A stretch of DNA of 64,000 nt, from NCBI GenBank assembly GCA_964188305.1, contig OZ076885.1. One strand, 5' to 3'. The stretch is from Podarcis bocagei. Its lineage: Eukaryota. The notes beneath the pieces are model-generated. The model searched no databases. It was not told the DNA's origin and worked only from the letters and a program-made list of their open reading frames with translations. Position 1 is the first letter of the stretch; each line of letters starts with the position of its first letter. A program made the translations under genes and the position numbers. This document shows, in pieces, positions 11,820 through 24,506 of the stretch.

Positions 11820-14759
11820 TATAGGGTAAGAAGGGCATCTTGTATTAGGCTCAAATAGTGTAGGGGTATATACATTAAAAAACCAACCAACCGCCACACA
11901 ACAATGCCTTGTTTTAGAGCCACATAAAATCAATGCAGATATTGGAGCATCGGTGTAATATACTCTTCCTCACAATCCTTTTACAGGAGACACTTGGCCT
12001 ATTCACCTGAAGTTGGTGAGCAGCTTACATGCATCCTCAAAAAGCATCTTATGAGGCCACTTCACCCAGTTACCAGACACTGTTGTTACCAGCCATTAGG
12101 CTGTGCACATATCTCCCTTTGCGAAATCACTTATGCAGCCTAAAGTGTCTATGTCTTTGTGTATAGTTGGAAACAGAGCACGGCCACCTGCCAGCTTACC
12201 TGAGGGCCATTTACTCATTGCATGCAACTAACATTTGAAAGCTTTGTTGAACATTAAGAAGTTTCAAATATGAATAAAACATTTTTAAAGCCATGGTAAG
12301 GAACCTGTGGACTTGCAGGTGGCAGTTGGAGTCCAGCAAGATCTGGATTTCCCACACGTTCCTCCCTTCTCCTGCTTTACAAGTTATAAGACCACATCAG
12401 AACAGGTTTATCGGACAACAATGCTTTGGGAGGTATGCTCTATTGGAACAGTGATCCCAGGATTAGAAGTCCCAGGTGTCCCTCTAATAATGTATGTTTT
12501 ATGTTCATTGTTTCCTTAGTGAGAAAACAAGCATATTGTGTTAGATTCTCAAAATCCTTGGCCAACAGCAAATGTTTATAGATACTGTACTTTCCCAGTT
12601 TCCACAATGATGGAAGCTGCTACTACCCAGTAACTATAATAGCAGTGGGGATTTTGCGGGGAAATGTTCCCCAATGGAACCAGGGTGGGGCAGTACTTAA
12701 TTCAGAAGTAGCATTTTTAAAAAAACAAACAAACGCAACAAACGAATCCAAGCTCTTTAGCAAATACCAGTTTTGTGAAGCTTGGGGAATCCTTCCATTC
12801 CTTGAAGGGGATATCCCTCAGCTGTATTAGAGTGCTCTAATTTAACTCCTAGTCTGGAGAACTTTCAAAGGAGGAATCTGTGCAAGATACTAGGCAGGAT
12901 TGTCATGTTCCACAAAACAGTTTTGCTCTAAACTCTCAGTGACACAAGATTAAAAGAATGAGGGAGGTGCTTCAAGCAGGCAACCCAAGATAGAGTGTGC
13001 AGTACACTAAACAATGGGTTCTAAGGATCAAACGCGGGGGACGGGGGATGGGACACACACACATTTTTGGATGGCCCTGCTGGCCAGCCAACATTTGTGA
13101 TGGTCAAGACCATGCTCATCTCTGAATAGGGAAATGTGAGATCCTGTGTGATGTCATGCTGAATTTAAGAGATACTTGAAGTGCTAGCACAATGCAAATG
13201 CCAGGGCTAATCCTCCACTCGTGAGAAAAGGCAGACTTTATAACATGTGCCACTTCTGTGGGGCTAAAAGTGTTTCCAAACGATTTGTCACACGGATGAG
13301 CTCCATCCCTCTTCCCAAGCTTAAAGGTGCAAAGGGGAAACACCTGCAGTTGTGCTGGGCTTTTGTAGTGTTTGAAGCACCTATCAAGCCGATCCAGCCA
13401 TTGTTCAAGCTCTGGAAGGATACGGAGGATTGTCCCAGCACTTGTGCTGTACTTCTGAGGTATTCTGAGTGGAGGAGAAGAGTTGGGGCTTATCAGTATT
13501 TATATTACACTTTTTAATGTTCTTAGAGCATTTCTGAAACACAATGCGAAATAGCTATTTCCTCATACCTCTTTGCAGTTTCTCATGTTTGCCAGAGGAA
13601 GATGGGACACACATAGTATTATGTGGATTTTGGACAAGTTTGTCAAGATATTGCAGATTTATAATCAGAACGTATACCTCCTTTAACCTTTTCTACTAAA
13701 ATAAAACTCATTTTCCTAGTATGCATCCTTATGTATCCAAAATGGCACTGCCTGCACATAAGAAGGATGTATTAGAGGACTCAGAGATGCCCCAACATTT
13801 GCAGGGGGAAAACTATGGAGTCGGAGAAATTTAGAGCATGCTCAGTTTGGAAAGCTGTTATACTGGAAAACTCTGGGAGTGGGAGTGGAATGAAAGAGGT
13901 TAGGCTGGCTGGCTGAAACCTTAAACTCCTTACTACAGAATTTTGTTGCCAGTCCAACTTCTGTCTTTCAGAAGAAGCTGTGTTGGGGAGGGGCAGCCCA
14001 AATTGACTTGAGACTCTGGTGCTGGAAGAAGGGGTTAGTCCTTTACGTCCAGTGAACCTTTCCTAAACTAAAACTTCCCCCAAATTTCTGTTTGCCTATT
14101 AGGGAAAACTTACAGGAAAGTAGCAGGTAGGACACGGATTAACTCCCTTACAGTTCTGATCTAATTTGCTCCCTCCCCAGCTGCTTTTCTCTTAAATATT
14201 GAGACAATAGTTCCTGCCATGGATTTCCAGTATTTTGTCTGTTTTAGTCTTAGGTATTATACATGGCCATGTGAAGTTATGGAAAATATTTTTTATAGAT
14301 GCCCTAATAGCAGCCTTGTGTTGACCTTCCATTAATCTTATCAAAGATCAATGGTCTGCCTAGAGGTCCTTGCATCAGATGCATAAGGATTAAACACAGT
14401 AAGAATTGTAAATACACTGCCACTCCTCTGTCAGCCTGTGTGGCTTTTTTGTATCTAAAGGCTACTGCATGTAATAAGTGGCTAGGGTGAAATGCCATGT
14501 GGTATCCACACTGTGCAAATTTGTTGGGTACATACTGAATATTTTTTCCTCCAATGTGTACCTTTTTGTTTTTATTTATATCTGCTGTAGAAGACTGTTG
14601 TGCCCATTCCAAGAGTCAAATGTCCAACCAGAAACAAACTTATTCTTTCCTATAATTAATATGTGTTGAAAATCAGTGTTCTCAAGAAAATAATATTACA
14701 ACTCATACTCTTCCATTCAGGACTTACTCAGTATTCTATGTAGTGTCCAGAAGGAATAC

Positions 14760-15790
14760 ACCTTGTGAATGATTCTAGACCTCAAATAGTTCTCTATATA
14801 CTGTTTTGCCCATCACACAGAAAATTTCTTCACACCAATCTCTTCCATGGTATCTGGATGATCTACTGATCAGTCCACTCAGCTTCCAACAGGGACTTAA
14901 GAATGTGTACTTTTCCTCATGCCTTCAGTTGCATGACTTAATTAGCAACAAAGAAAAGTGTTTCTGCTTATTATTCTGCAAAGAAAACATCTAGGAGGGA
15001 ACACGGCATGTGGAGAGAGTGTTTCTGTTCCTGGACAGGCAACAAAAGATTCAGTAGCTAATCATCACAGTGCTGATGTATTTTCACACCAGCCTAATGA
15101 GGAGCACCACTATCAGATGTCCTGCCAGGATGTGATTCTGTGGATGAGGTTCTGCAAACAAGCCTCTTCAGAGATGTTATGTTTCCTGTCTCAAGCCTGG
15201 ATAACTCAGCAGCTCCATCTACCAGGAATTCTACTAATGACTGAACCAAGGCCTCATGTAAGAGAGATTTTTCCTCTCAGGCACGTCCCCTAGTTACTAT
15301 GAAGCCTCCTTGAATGAAGGGCTAATTACCAAAACACACAGGTTCAGTGGATGTGGTCAAAGACAAAGTGACTGGAGCTTTGAATCCCATGATTGGTGCT
15401 GTGAGTGTTCAAAGGGTGGAGACAACTCATCAGCAAAGGTATGCATTGCAGAAGTCCAAAGAAACCGGCCAAACTTTGCCCCTGGCACAATATGGGGCAG
15501 GGGCACAAATGCAATAGTGTGCTGTCTCAGTAGGAATAGTTCCTGTGATTTCCCATCAAATCTGTATTTGTAACACAGAGTGGGCAGATATTTCTCTTCA
15601 TTCAGATGTCTCTAGACCTGTGGGCAAATACCCTGGATAATAATTGACCAAGGGAAATGGAATACACTTATTCTCTTATCAGACTCATTCACAGAGTCAA
15701 ACAGAAGATTTAGGAGGGGAGCTTACTCTTATCACCTTGTACTTGCCCATTAGAGGTGCTCGTGCTCTTCAGATCTCTTCGGGTTGTCAT
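14760..15790 (+). mobile_element. Degraded DIRS-type (tyrosine-recombinase) retrotransposon, RT/RNase H region
   Basis: PWYLDDLLI RT motif; DNSSAKVCI (RNase H DN..AK motif); LIHRVKQKI...LITLYLP...SDL resembles the DIRS C-terminal segment; many stops. Confidence 0.6.
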
Positions 15791-16027
15791 CTCTCTCTCT
15801 CTCTCTCTCCAGCAATTTATTGGTAAAAAAACCAAACCAAAACAAAACAAAACCAAAAACAAAACCAATATTAAGACAAGACAAGTCAGTGTCATGTTAG
15901 AAATATTTAGCTTTTAAATAGCCTACGGTTAAAGTATATCATATTCCCCACGTATCCTAGAAATATTTGTATTAAACAATCAAGTATTAAAAGATCAAGT
16001 AGTAGTTAACATGTTTAATTTCTTATT

Positions 16028-16530
16028 TTAATCATCCCATTCGCCATCATTCTCCAAGTCAGATTCTTCGGTATCTGAAAGATGTATTGCCATGTGTCAC
16101 TTCTGAACAACATCCTTAACAGCAGCAACTATTTCTTCATCAATGGGAGGTGTTGGATTCTGAGCCCCTGGTTTCAATTGTTTCCCTTTTCTGAACCGAC
16201 TCATTAGAACATCTTCGGTGTCCTTTTCAACTGCACATCCTTCAGATTTTGGTTCAAATTGTGTTTGCCTTTGTCTCTTTCAATACTGCTTCTGCGCCCC
16301 CACATTTCTCAATTACTTCAAAAATCTTTAATTTTCTCCTGTCCTTCAGGTGGTCCTGTGTTAAGCCAGCCTTAGCAAATATCTTAGCAAAGAACTTCAG
16401 GATCTAAGCTGGTAGCAAAGCCAGTTTGGGACCTCATCCAATGTGACAGATATGTTTGAAGTTTCTGGAGTTCCCAATATATTATTTGCCTAGCTTATGT
16501 CTTCTGGATTTTCATTTCCAGTTTCTTATC
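16028..16530 (-). pseudogene. Captured WASP/N-WASP-derived basic-CRIB/GBD-WH2-WH2-C-A module (disabled)
   Basis: Manual translation: KSRRHKLGK*YIGNSRNFKHICHIG*GP/TGFATSLDPEVL/KIFAKAGLTQDHLKDRRKLKIFEVIEKCGGAEAVLKET; LNQNLKDVQLKR; EDVLMSRFRKGKQLKP...EEIVAAVKDVVQK*HMAIHLSDTEESDLENDGEWDD*. Confidence 0.88.
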
Positions 16531-16699
16531 TCAAGCGATGCTTGAGAAGCACAACATGAAGGAGATGAGACCCTACAGTTTGGTGATCTTGTACTTGGAT
16601 GAGGATAAGATAATGGACAAGATGCCTCAGCGGCAGGAGCAATAACAACAACACTTCTAAACAACGTCATTTTCTCACAACTCAGGCTGCATTCTGTCC

Positions 16700-17390
16700 C
16701 ACAACTTTTTAAGGTTGTCAACTCAGTAACCATTATGTCCCTTGATTACTATGATATGCCCTCCCAAGACCAAGACCTCAGCTGGGGCTACTGTATCTGA
16801 ACATCAACAACTTTGCTTGTCTTCTCTTTCATAATACCGTATCTTTTTAAAGTCTTGAACTGAAAAACTCCAAGCAGTCTCCTGGACCTTTAAACGATTT
16901 TGTACTCTCAGATCTTATTTGGAATTCTTTGTCTATATCCATCCACAACACATTTTGTTGTACGCCCAGCCAGATTGCTAATTCTTGAGTCAACTTTTGG
17001 TCAATTCTTTCTTCTTGTGCCTCTGGGAGACCTTTGAAGCGTAAAATCATCTCTCTCTGGTGCATCTCCAGCAGAGCTATCTGGTCCAAAGTAGTTTCAT
17101 ATAATGTCACTAGATCCTTTATTTCTTCATTAGTTGTTTCTTGATTTTTCCTCGGCCCTTTATTTTCATTCACTAATTTCTTAGAAGTGTCTTCCTGCTT
17201 GTTGATTCTGCTCTTGAGGTCCTGGACTGATTTATATGTGTGTTTATGTTTGATTGTTAGATCTTTTATTTGTTCAGAAAGTTCTTTTATTAATTTAGCA
17301 TTCTGCTCATTTTTGCTATCCATTGCCATTTAAGTTTTTGTCCATTTTTGCTATCATCTCTTTTATATCAAGCTTAAATATTTGAATCCT
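16700..17390 (-). pseudogene. L1 ORF1p (coiled coil, RRM, CTD), disabled
   Basis: ORF 16847-17329 has a heptad-rich N-terminus, then LEMHQREMILRFKGLPE (L1 LE.R.RR.NLRI.GLPE motif) and PGDCLEFFSSRL*KDTVL; a CTD-like RSWSWEGIS follows after a frameshift. Confidence 0.85.
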
Positions 17391-18124
17391 CTGGGATTAT
17401 CTTCCCTCTTTCCTTTCCACATTGCTTTTACCTTTTTAATGCTAATAGTTGTGTGAGTTACTTTCTCATCCCCCTGTCCTAGCCCCCTGATATTTTCTTA
17501 GTTAGTCTTATATCTATTCTGCTTGAGTTTAAGGGTGTTCCCAGATTCAGAGCTGCGGGAAATCCCTTCCCCAGGGTGTCATTGGCAAAAGGATACTTCC
17601 TGATAACGTAAGAGGAGGTGCCTTCCCTGAACTAGACTGCCCATCCCAGAACCTCAGAATGGGAATTTGCTGTAAGGCTAAATTTTCTACTTTCCCTCTC
17701 TGTGTACACTGAATATGTTTTTATAATCTCATTTCAAAATGGTTTTAATCAAATCAAAGTAGGTGCTTACTTGGTCTTCTGCTCGCAGGTCTAGCTATAC
17801 TCCATTTCCCCCCTTATACTAATAATTTCATCTTAACTTCAGCAGTTCTACCTGTTTAGTTAAGGCAGGGATGGGCAAATTTGCTGAAATATTCTCTCCA
17901 GGGGTGGGGAAGTTCATGGGTTGCATACCAGGGTGGGGTAGTGGTACACCTCAATGCAACCTTCAGGAATGGTAGACAGTTACCCAGCTGCTCCTTTTCC
18001 TTCGTTCTTGTGCATCCACTATTAATCCATATGGCACTGAAGTGTATTCCACAGTTGACTTTCTCCATGCACAAGTGCATGTGATGGTAGCTCATTCCCA
18101 CAGGAGGCAGAGATGAGCACCAGC

Positions 18125-18380
18125 TTGGATGGCTTCAAAGAAGATTAAACAAATTCATGGAGGAGAGGGCTATTGAAAGCTACTGGCCTGGATGACTTTG
18201 CCTCTGCAGTTGGAGGCAGCAGTGCTTCTGAATACCAGTTGCTAGAAGCCACAGAAGGGAAGAGGGCTTTTGTGCTTCTATCCTGCTTGGTTTTGGTTAG
18301 CCACTGTGAGAACAGGGGGTGCTGGACTAGATGGGGCATTGGCCCCGTCCAGCAGGCTCTTCATGTTCTTATGTTCTTAT
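18125..18380 (+). mobile_element. CR1 LINE 3' end
   Basis: GACAAATTCATGGAGGA-like ORF2 end, GCTGGACTAGATGG 3' UTR and (ATGTTCTT)n tail. Confidence 0.8.
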
Positions 18381-19056
18381 TGCATTCAGATTGATCAGCT
18401 GAAGAGTAGTGCTTTGGAAGGACTGTGTGCCTTTTCAGCCTTGCAAACAAGGTGGCTGTGGGGGCTTTTGAATAGCAAAGCTGTTACTGTAGTATTTGTG
18501 GATGTCTTTTTATAAAAGGAGGACAAGAGCAAAAGGCTATACTCTAGTTATTGAATTTAGTTTGGCGATATAGTTGCTGCTAGATGAATGGAACTCTGAA
18601 ATAGATTCTGTTGAAAAATCCTATGAATTAAGATCAGCTTGACAGCAGAACAAATTTTGTAACAGCTTTGGTCATCTTTGGATTGGTCCCTTAGTTGAAG
18701 CCACCTAGAATGTTGTTTTTCCTTCATCTAAAGAATCAGATATGGGTGATATGCTGAATGATCAAGAAAAATGTACTTTGGAAATGCTAAATTTTATTGT
18801 GTGTTTTTTTTTTTGGGGGGGGGGGTTACTTGAGATTGCTCAGTTTGGCTTGAAATCCTCTATCCCCACTCCACTCCATTTCCAGTGCAAACTGGCTAGT
18901 GGTTCTAGAATTCTGTGACCTCAGCTCCAGTCCACTATAGACATAGCACCACAAATTTTGGACAATATGACTGATTTGTAAACGTTGTATAGTGCTATGC
19001 ATCAGAAACAATATGGACAATATTCAGCTAATAGAAAGGAGAGGTTAGCTTTACAG

Positions 19057-19162
19057 TTCTTAACCCGAGGTACTATTTCTGGGTTAGCGGAGTCTGTAAC
19101 TTGAAGCATCTGTAACCTGAAGCGTTTGTAACCTGAAGCATCTGTAACCCGAGGTACCACTG
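19057..19162. mobile_element. Half of a Tigger-type MITE (same family as 60004-60229)
   Basis: Repeated TGTAACCTGAAGC motifs and a CCGAGGTACCACTG|TA terminus. Confidence 0.8.
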
Positions 19163-19313
19163 TATTCCAGTTGTCTCTTCCAGTTAAGTTCCAAGAGTAA
19201 GAGAGATTGTGGTAATTTTTTATTTTTATTTTTTTAAACCTACTCTGCCTGCTAAAGATGAAATTAAACTTGTGAAGTAGCAATTGGCTTTCTTCCTGTA
19301 AAATGGATTTTAA

Positions 19314-19544
<231 letters not shown>

Positions 19545-22500
19545 TAGTGTTATCTATGCTGACCAACTAGGCATTTGTTTTGATTCTTTAGCAGAACAAT
19601 AGAGAACTTAGCTCTTGAAGTAGGGACATGGGTAAGCTATGGATAGGGTTCAGGGGCATTAGGCTTCCCTGGAATAGTGAAGGGTTTCTCAAAATGCTCT
19701 TTCTTCTGTAGTACAAACTGTGACAAAAGTAAGGCGTCAGTACTGCTGTCCTGCTCCTGATTCCACTCGTCTGCTTTCCCAGGCAGGAGCCGACAGGCCC
19801 TCTGCTGCACGTCCAGTAACCTTTCCCACACCATGGCACCCACCCATGGCTTGCCGCCTGAGGACTGTTCATGCAGGCACAGTTGCACTTGCTCTCCTTG
19901 TGCTCCATGGACGTTTCAGGTACAGTGGGCAGGATTATGTTAGAGAGTCTTTTCTGCTGTGGTGCCCAGAATGTGGAACTCTGTCCTAGTTGGTTTGCTT
20001 GGCTGATTTGCCAGTATTTCTCTCTTTGCCAGAAACAGTTTCTTTTTGATAAGCTTTTGATTTACTTGCTACGCTGCTGTTTGTGATTTGTTTGTTGACT
20101 CCTTTGTGGTGAACTGTCTGCTGCTTTTTGTAGGTTGGTTGTTGTTGGTTGATTATGGTTTAATTGATTTTTTTAGCTTGGAAGACGCCTTGAGCCCTTA
20201 CATTGAAAATTGGTATGCAGTTTTGAATAAAGAAAATAAGTTTTGAGCTTATATTGAATTCCTTTTTCATGCTGTGTCTATTCCTTTAAGCAGTATAGTA
20301 ATAAAGACAGAATAATCTTAAACACTTCAGCAATGAACTTATTTTGTTTGCTCCTTATGGTCAGAACTGACCCAGTGGCAGGTGTTATGGGTGGGGGGCT
20401 TCTCTCTGCATCTACCCTTTGGGAACTATACATTATGTGAGGATGCAGCAGCAGGCGGCCTTTTCTGCTATAGCACTCTCCCCTCATAATCTCGACAGGC
20501 ACCAAGGTGGTATTATTTTTGGTGACAAATTGTATGTGCTGGTGTTTGAGTTGTGCTAATTATAGCTTGGAATGGGATCTGCCTAATAGTCTGCTGTATA
20601 TTTTAGTTTAATTCTAATTTTAGAATTTCTTGTTGTAGAGTTTGTTTAATTTTATGAGTTGTTGTATATCATGGATTGGTACTGTAAACTGTCCTGTGGT
20701 CAGTCTGGACAAAAGGTGGGTTAGAAATAAAGCTAACAAATAAACAGTTGGTTTCAATGTTGATTGTGATTTTATGTTGTTATATTCACTGTTGTTTTAC
20801 AGAATATGTGCCCTGACCTAAGATCAATGGATATAGGGTGGGAGATGAATATTTTTAATGAATTAATAAATACTACAATGTTAGGCTTTCTAGGAAAAGT
20901 GGAATGTACTGGAATGTGCACACATTAGCTTAATGGTGATGTGACTCTGCTATGTTGTGAGATTGTTAGATAATGTTTTCCTCCACTAGATGTCAGTGTC
21001 AGTCAAGGAACAGACTGTAGAACAGGCGAACTTGAAATGGTCTCTAGAAAGACCATTTGGATTTGTATGCAGAAATTACAGCTTCTTCTTCTGCTCATAT
21101 TTTGTTTAGGATCCTGATGTGAAGATGTGCATATTTTAAAATTGAAGGCAATGGATTAAAATGGAAGGGTTAAGCACACAGAGTTGTATCTAGTCTTCCC
21201 AAGAGCACTGTTCCAGACGGGGAAGCTCTGCTGGAAGAAGCTGGGATGGCCATTGTCTCCCATTTCCCCACTGTCACCAGAGCCCCCAGGAGGGCTGGGA
21301 GATGTTGCCAGGGGAAGGGAAAACCGGTGACTATCGCCTCTGCTTTGCCATTCCTTCTGCTAGTAGGAGCCTCTTTTCATGCAGGGACACTTCTAGATCC
21401 AGCCCATTCATACGGTTTTTCACAAGGAATATACAGTACAAAGAACAAAAACTTACTTCATTGGTTCTAAATTTAATCCATAAAGCCACTACTAATAGAC
21501 CTCTATTCATTGGAAGTAAAACTGGCTGGCAGAGATAGATTCATTTACTTGTTTATTTTAAGTACAGTACTGCAGAAATAATTGGATGCTCTAATATTTT
21601 TACATACAACTACAAAATTGAAAATGGGATTTTTGTAGTTCCAAGAAGAGAAACACATCATGATTGATCAGATAATGTAAAAACTGATAATACTAACTAA
21701 CTAGTTGTTAGTTTCATTTACAGAGGGCATTCTCCACATAGAAAATCCATGATAGATTATGCTGTGTTGTAAGTGCCCCATAACAAAACAACAAATATGC
21801 TAGAAATTAGATAGAAACTTACAACAAATTGATCTTTAAAAATATTGTTTCTACAAGGATGCTGATACATTAGTGTTCATCATAAATGATGCTGTATTTC
21901 ATACTCTTTCACTTGAATTAAAGGATGGTAGCAGTGGCCATTTCTGTAATGAATAAAACTTTCTACGACTAAAACTTCCTTCCCAGATGCTCAGATTGTT
22001 GCATGACACACTTTTGTGGACTGAAGGAGAAACTCAGCCTGAGCATCTGCAAGGTTTATCATATTTTGTGAAATTAGTTTTATAATACATAAGAAATCCC
22101 ACATATTATTGTGGCTATATAATCAGTAGTGTGATTTCTCTGAAGAAATTTAATTTGTGCGCAGCTTTTTATGATATAAGGTATTTGGTATTTTTTTAGG
22201 TCTATTGTTCAAAGTACGCAGATATAGGTCATTGTTGACCAAGCCACCTAATCTTAATTACCCTTGGAAGATAAATAATATTTACTGTAAGCCAAATGAG
22301 TACCCATCTCAAAGTAAGGCTTATTTGTTTAGTAAACAAAAGCGCAGGTCATTTTAATGAAAATTTCGCTTCACTGAGCAATGGATTTCTGCATCTCATT
22401 ATATGCAGAATATTATATATTATATATGGTATGGTTGTGTCTTTAGGTAAAACTATTATAAACAAATTGTTCTTTCCCAGTTTTTTAAAAAAATAAGAAG

Positions 22501-24413
22501 TAGCAGTAGTCCATTAAGAATGTGTTCATACCTATTTCCTGGTTTTGAATGTGAGCCATATGTAGTTGAAAAGAGGGGTAGGGGAATCTACTTGCCCTCA
22601 AATATGTGAAATTACAGGATCTATTAGTAGCATAGATATTCTAAAAGTGCTAAAAGATCTTGAATGTGGGCTGCATAAGATATATGGTGTTGGAGAAAAC
22701 TAGAGCAGGCTAAAGCAGGTTTTTTGTGCCTGATGGGACTAATTTTATTTTTTTAATAATAAAATATATTTCTGTTAAAACATTTAAAGTGGTTCACAAG
22801 CAAAATTCCCCAGCAAAAAATGTACAAACAGGAGCTGTTCCTAGCCAACTATTATGGATTTAGGGAAGGATATCCAGAAGGACTGAGGAAAAGCTGTGAG
22901 AAGCATGCAAATGTTGGAGAAAAAATTAGCCTGCTCTCGAACTTGAGAGAAGCGGGGACTTTGGCATGTAGTTGAGGGTGTGGTAAACTCAAGAGCTTTT
23001 ACTGAGGCCATAACTCAGCAACAGGGAGTATGAGGTTCACCACATGGTGTTGGACTCCAACTCTGATCTGTCACAGACAGAATGGTCAACACAGTAAGGG
23101 ATATGGGAAGTTGCAATCCTGAAGGACCACATGTTCCCCTTACCTACTCTACCTGGCTAGCCGTACAAGTGAGTCAGGTTGGGAGAATGCAAGCTACCCC
23201 CTTTTAGGCCATCCAAATAGTATGAACTTATATCAAAACACTGTATACTTCTCCTGTTCCCTGAACTATACATATTTTGTTTTTCACATGCACTTAATTC
23301 TATGATGGTTATTCTTTGAAATTCTGTGGTCTGAAATTTTAGTTTTCTTCTTCCATTCCTTAAAATACAAAAAGTAGTTGTGACTGATACCCTTATTTTA
23401 ATTTGCATTCCAAATTTAAACGTTTTAGACAACTCAGTAATGCATTGTAGATAAGCAGCATGATTTCACATCACTTGGTTTTTATTAGCATTCAGTTGTG
23501 GCACTGGACATCACCAGTATGTTCACTTCATATATCATCTATGATTTGAAAAGCGCATGAAAATGTTTCCCCATTTTCAATATTGCGTGAGTAATGTTCC
23601 CACTGAAAAGTAATGGAGTGAAGTTGTCACTTGTCAGCATAGTTATTAAGGGGGATGACTTTTAGGTCTTGCTCATAATAAAATAAATCTGTCACATGTA
23701 GATTTACTTATCTCACAATAAAGGAGGAGGGTAGGAAGTTCTATTTAAATAAGATTGTGTGTATTTGTCCCACAGCTGTGTGAAAGCAAGGAAGATGATT
23801 CTTACCCCGTGAAATGCTTTAAAATAGACAGTACTTTTGTTTTGTTTTTGTTCTGTTTTTAAATTAACTAAGATAAAGTAGCCGTTTGTTTTTAAAGGAA
23901 AGCTTTATTGTATCTTATCCATTGATCTTTATAGTGAGAGAGGTATGCAGATAAGAATGATTAGCATTTGCCACTTTTATGCTTCTCAAAGCAGCTTGGT
24001 TTTCCAAGCATTGTTGGTTTGACTTTGATGCTATCATTCGAAAGTAGTAAAAGAGGAAATTTAATGAAATTTAATTCCAATCAAGGTAATCCATAAAATT
24101 ACACTGCTGAGTAGTTAATAGCCTTTTAAAATCCCATCAGATGATAATTAAGTATATACACTTGTATAAGGAGTTGCCTATGTAGAAAGGCACACAATTT
24201 CCTGTTAGCTTTTCTTGTGTCTGCATTGAATTCACAGGAGTTGCTGCTGAGCCCTTTAAAAGCTTAAATATTAATATGTAGGTAATATTTTAATTATGTC
24301 TTCTGATCTATCTTCTGGTGTGTTAAAACAACTTTAAATTTCAAATGTGAATATGGGAAAATATGTGAATTGGTGTTATTAATAACAGTGTTAACTTTGC
24401 TTTTACCTTGCAG

Positions 24414-24506
24414 TCTCGGAAAGGGAGCGACCCAGACAAAGAGAAGAAAGGATTGGAGAGCAGAGCAGATAGTATTGGAAGCGGTCGTGCAATCCCAATT
24501 AAACAG
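24414..24506 (+). CDS. AGAP1: AGAP1 internal coding exon (start of PH domain), 93 nt
   Basis: ttgcag| acceptor and |gtatat donor; SRKGSDPDKEKKGLESRADSIGSGRAIPIKQ; the next constitutive PH exon was not found in the window. Confidence 0.97.

Larger units (their letters stand above)
15793..17827 (-). mobile_element. Half-L1 (HAL1)-like retroelement: L1 ORF1 fused to a WASP-derived module, no ORF2
   Basis: G6-AATGG start near 17813; ORF1 homology; WASP GBD and VCA homology; AT-rich 3' UTR; AATAAA at 15816-15821 (minus strand) followed by a (GA)n tail; possible 6-bp TSD TCATCT (15787-15792 / 17828-17833). Confidence 0.75.

Noticed and set aside
16028-16530. A bona fide WAS/WASL gene nested in AGAP1
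   Set aside because: Intronless, lacks WH1 and the proline-rich region, contains stops and frameshifts, and is attached to L1 ORF1; no gene symbol assigned.
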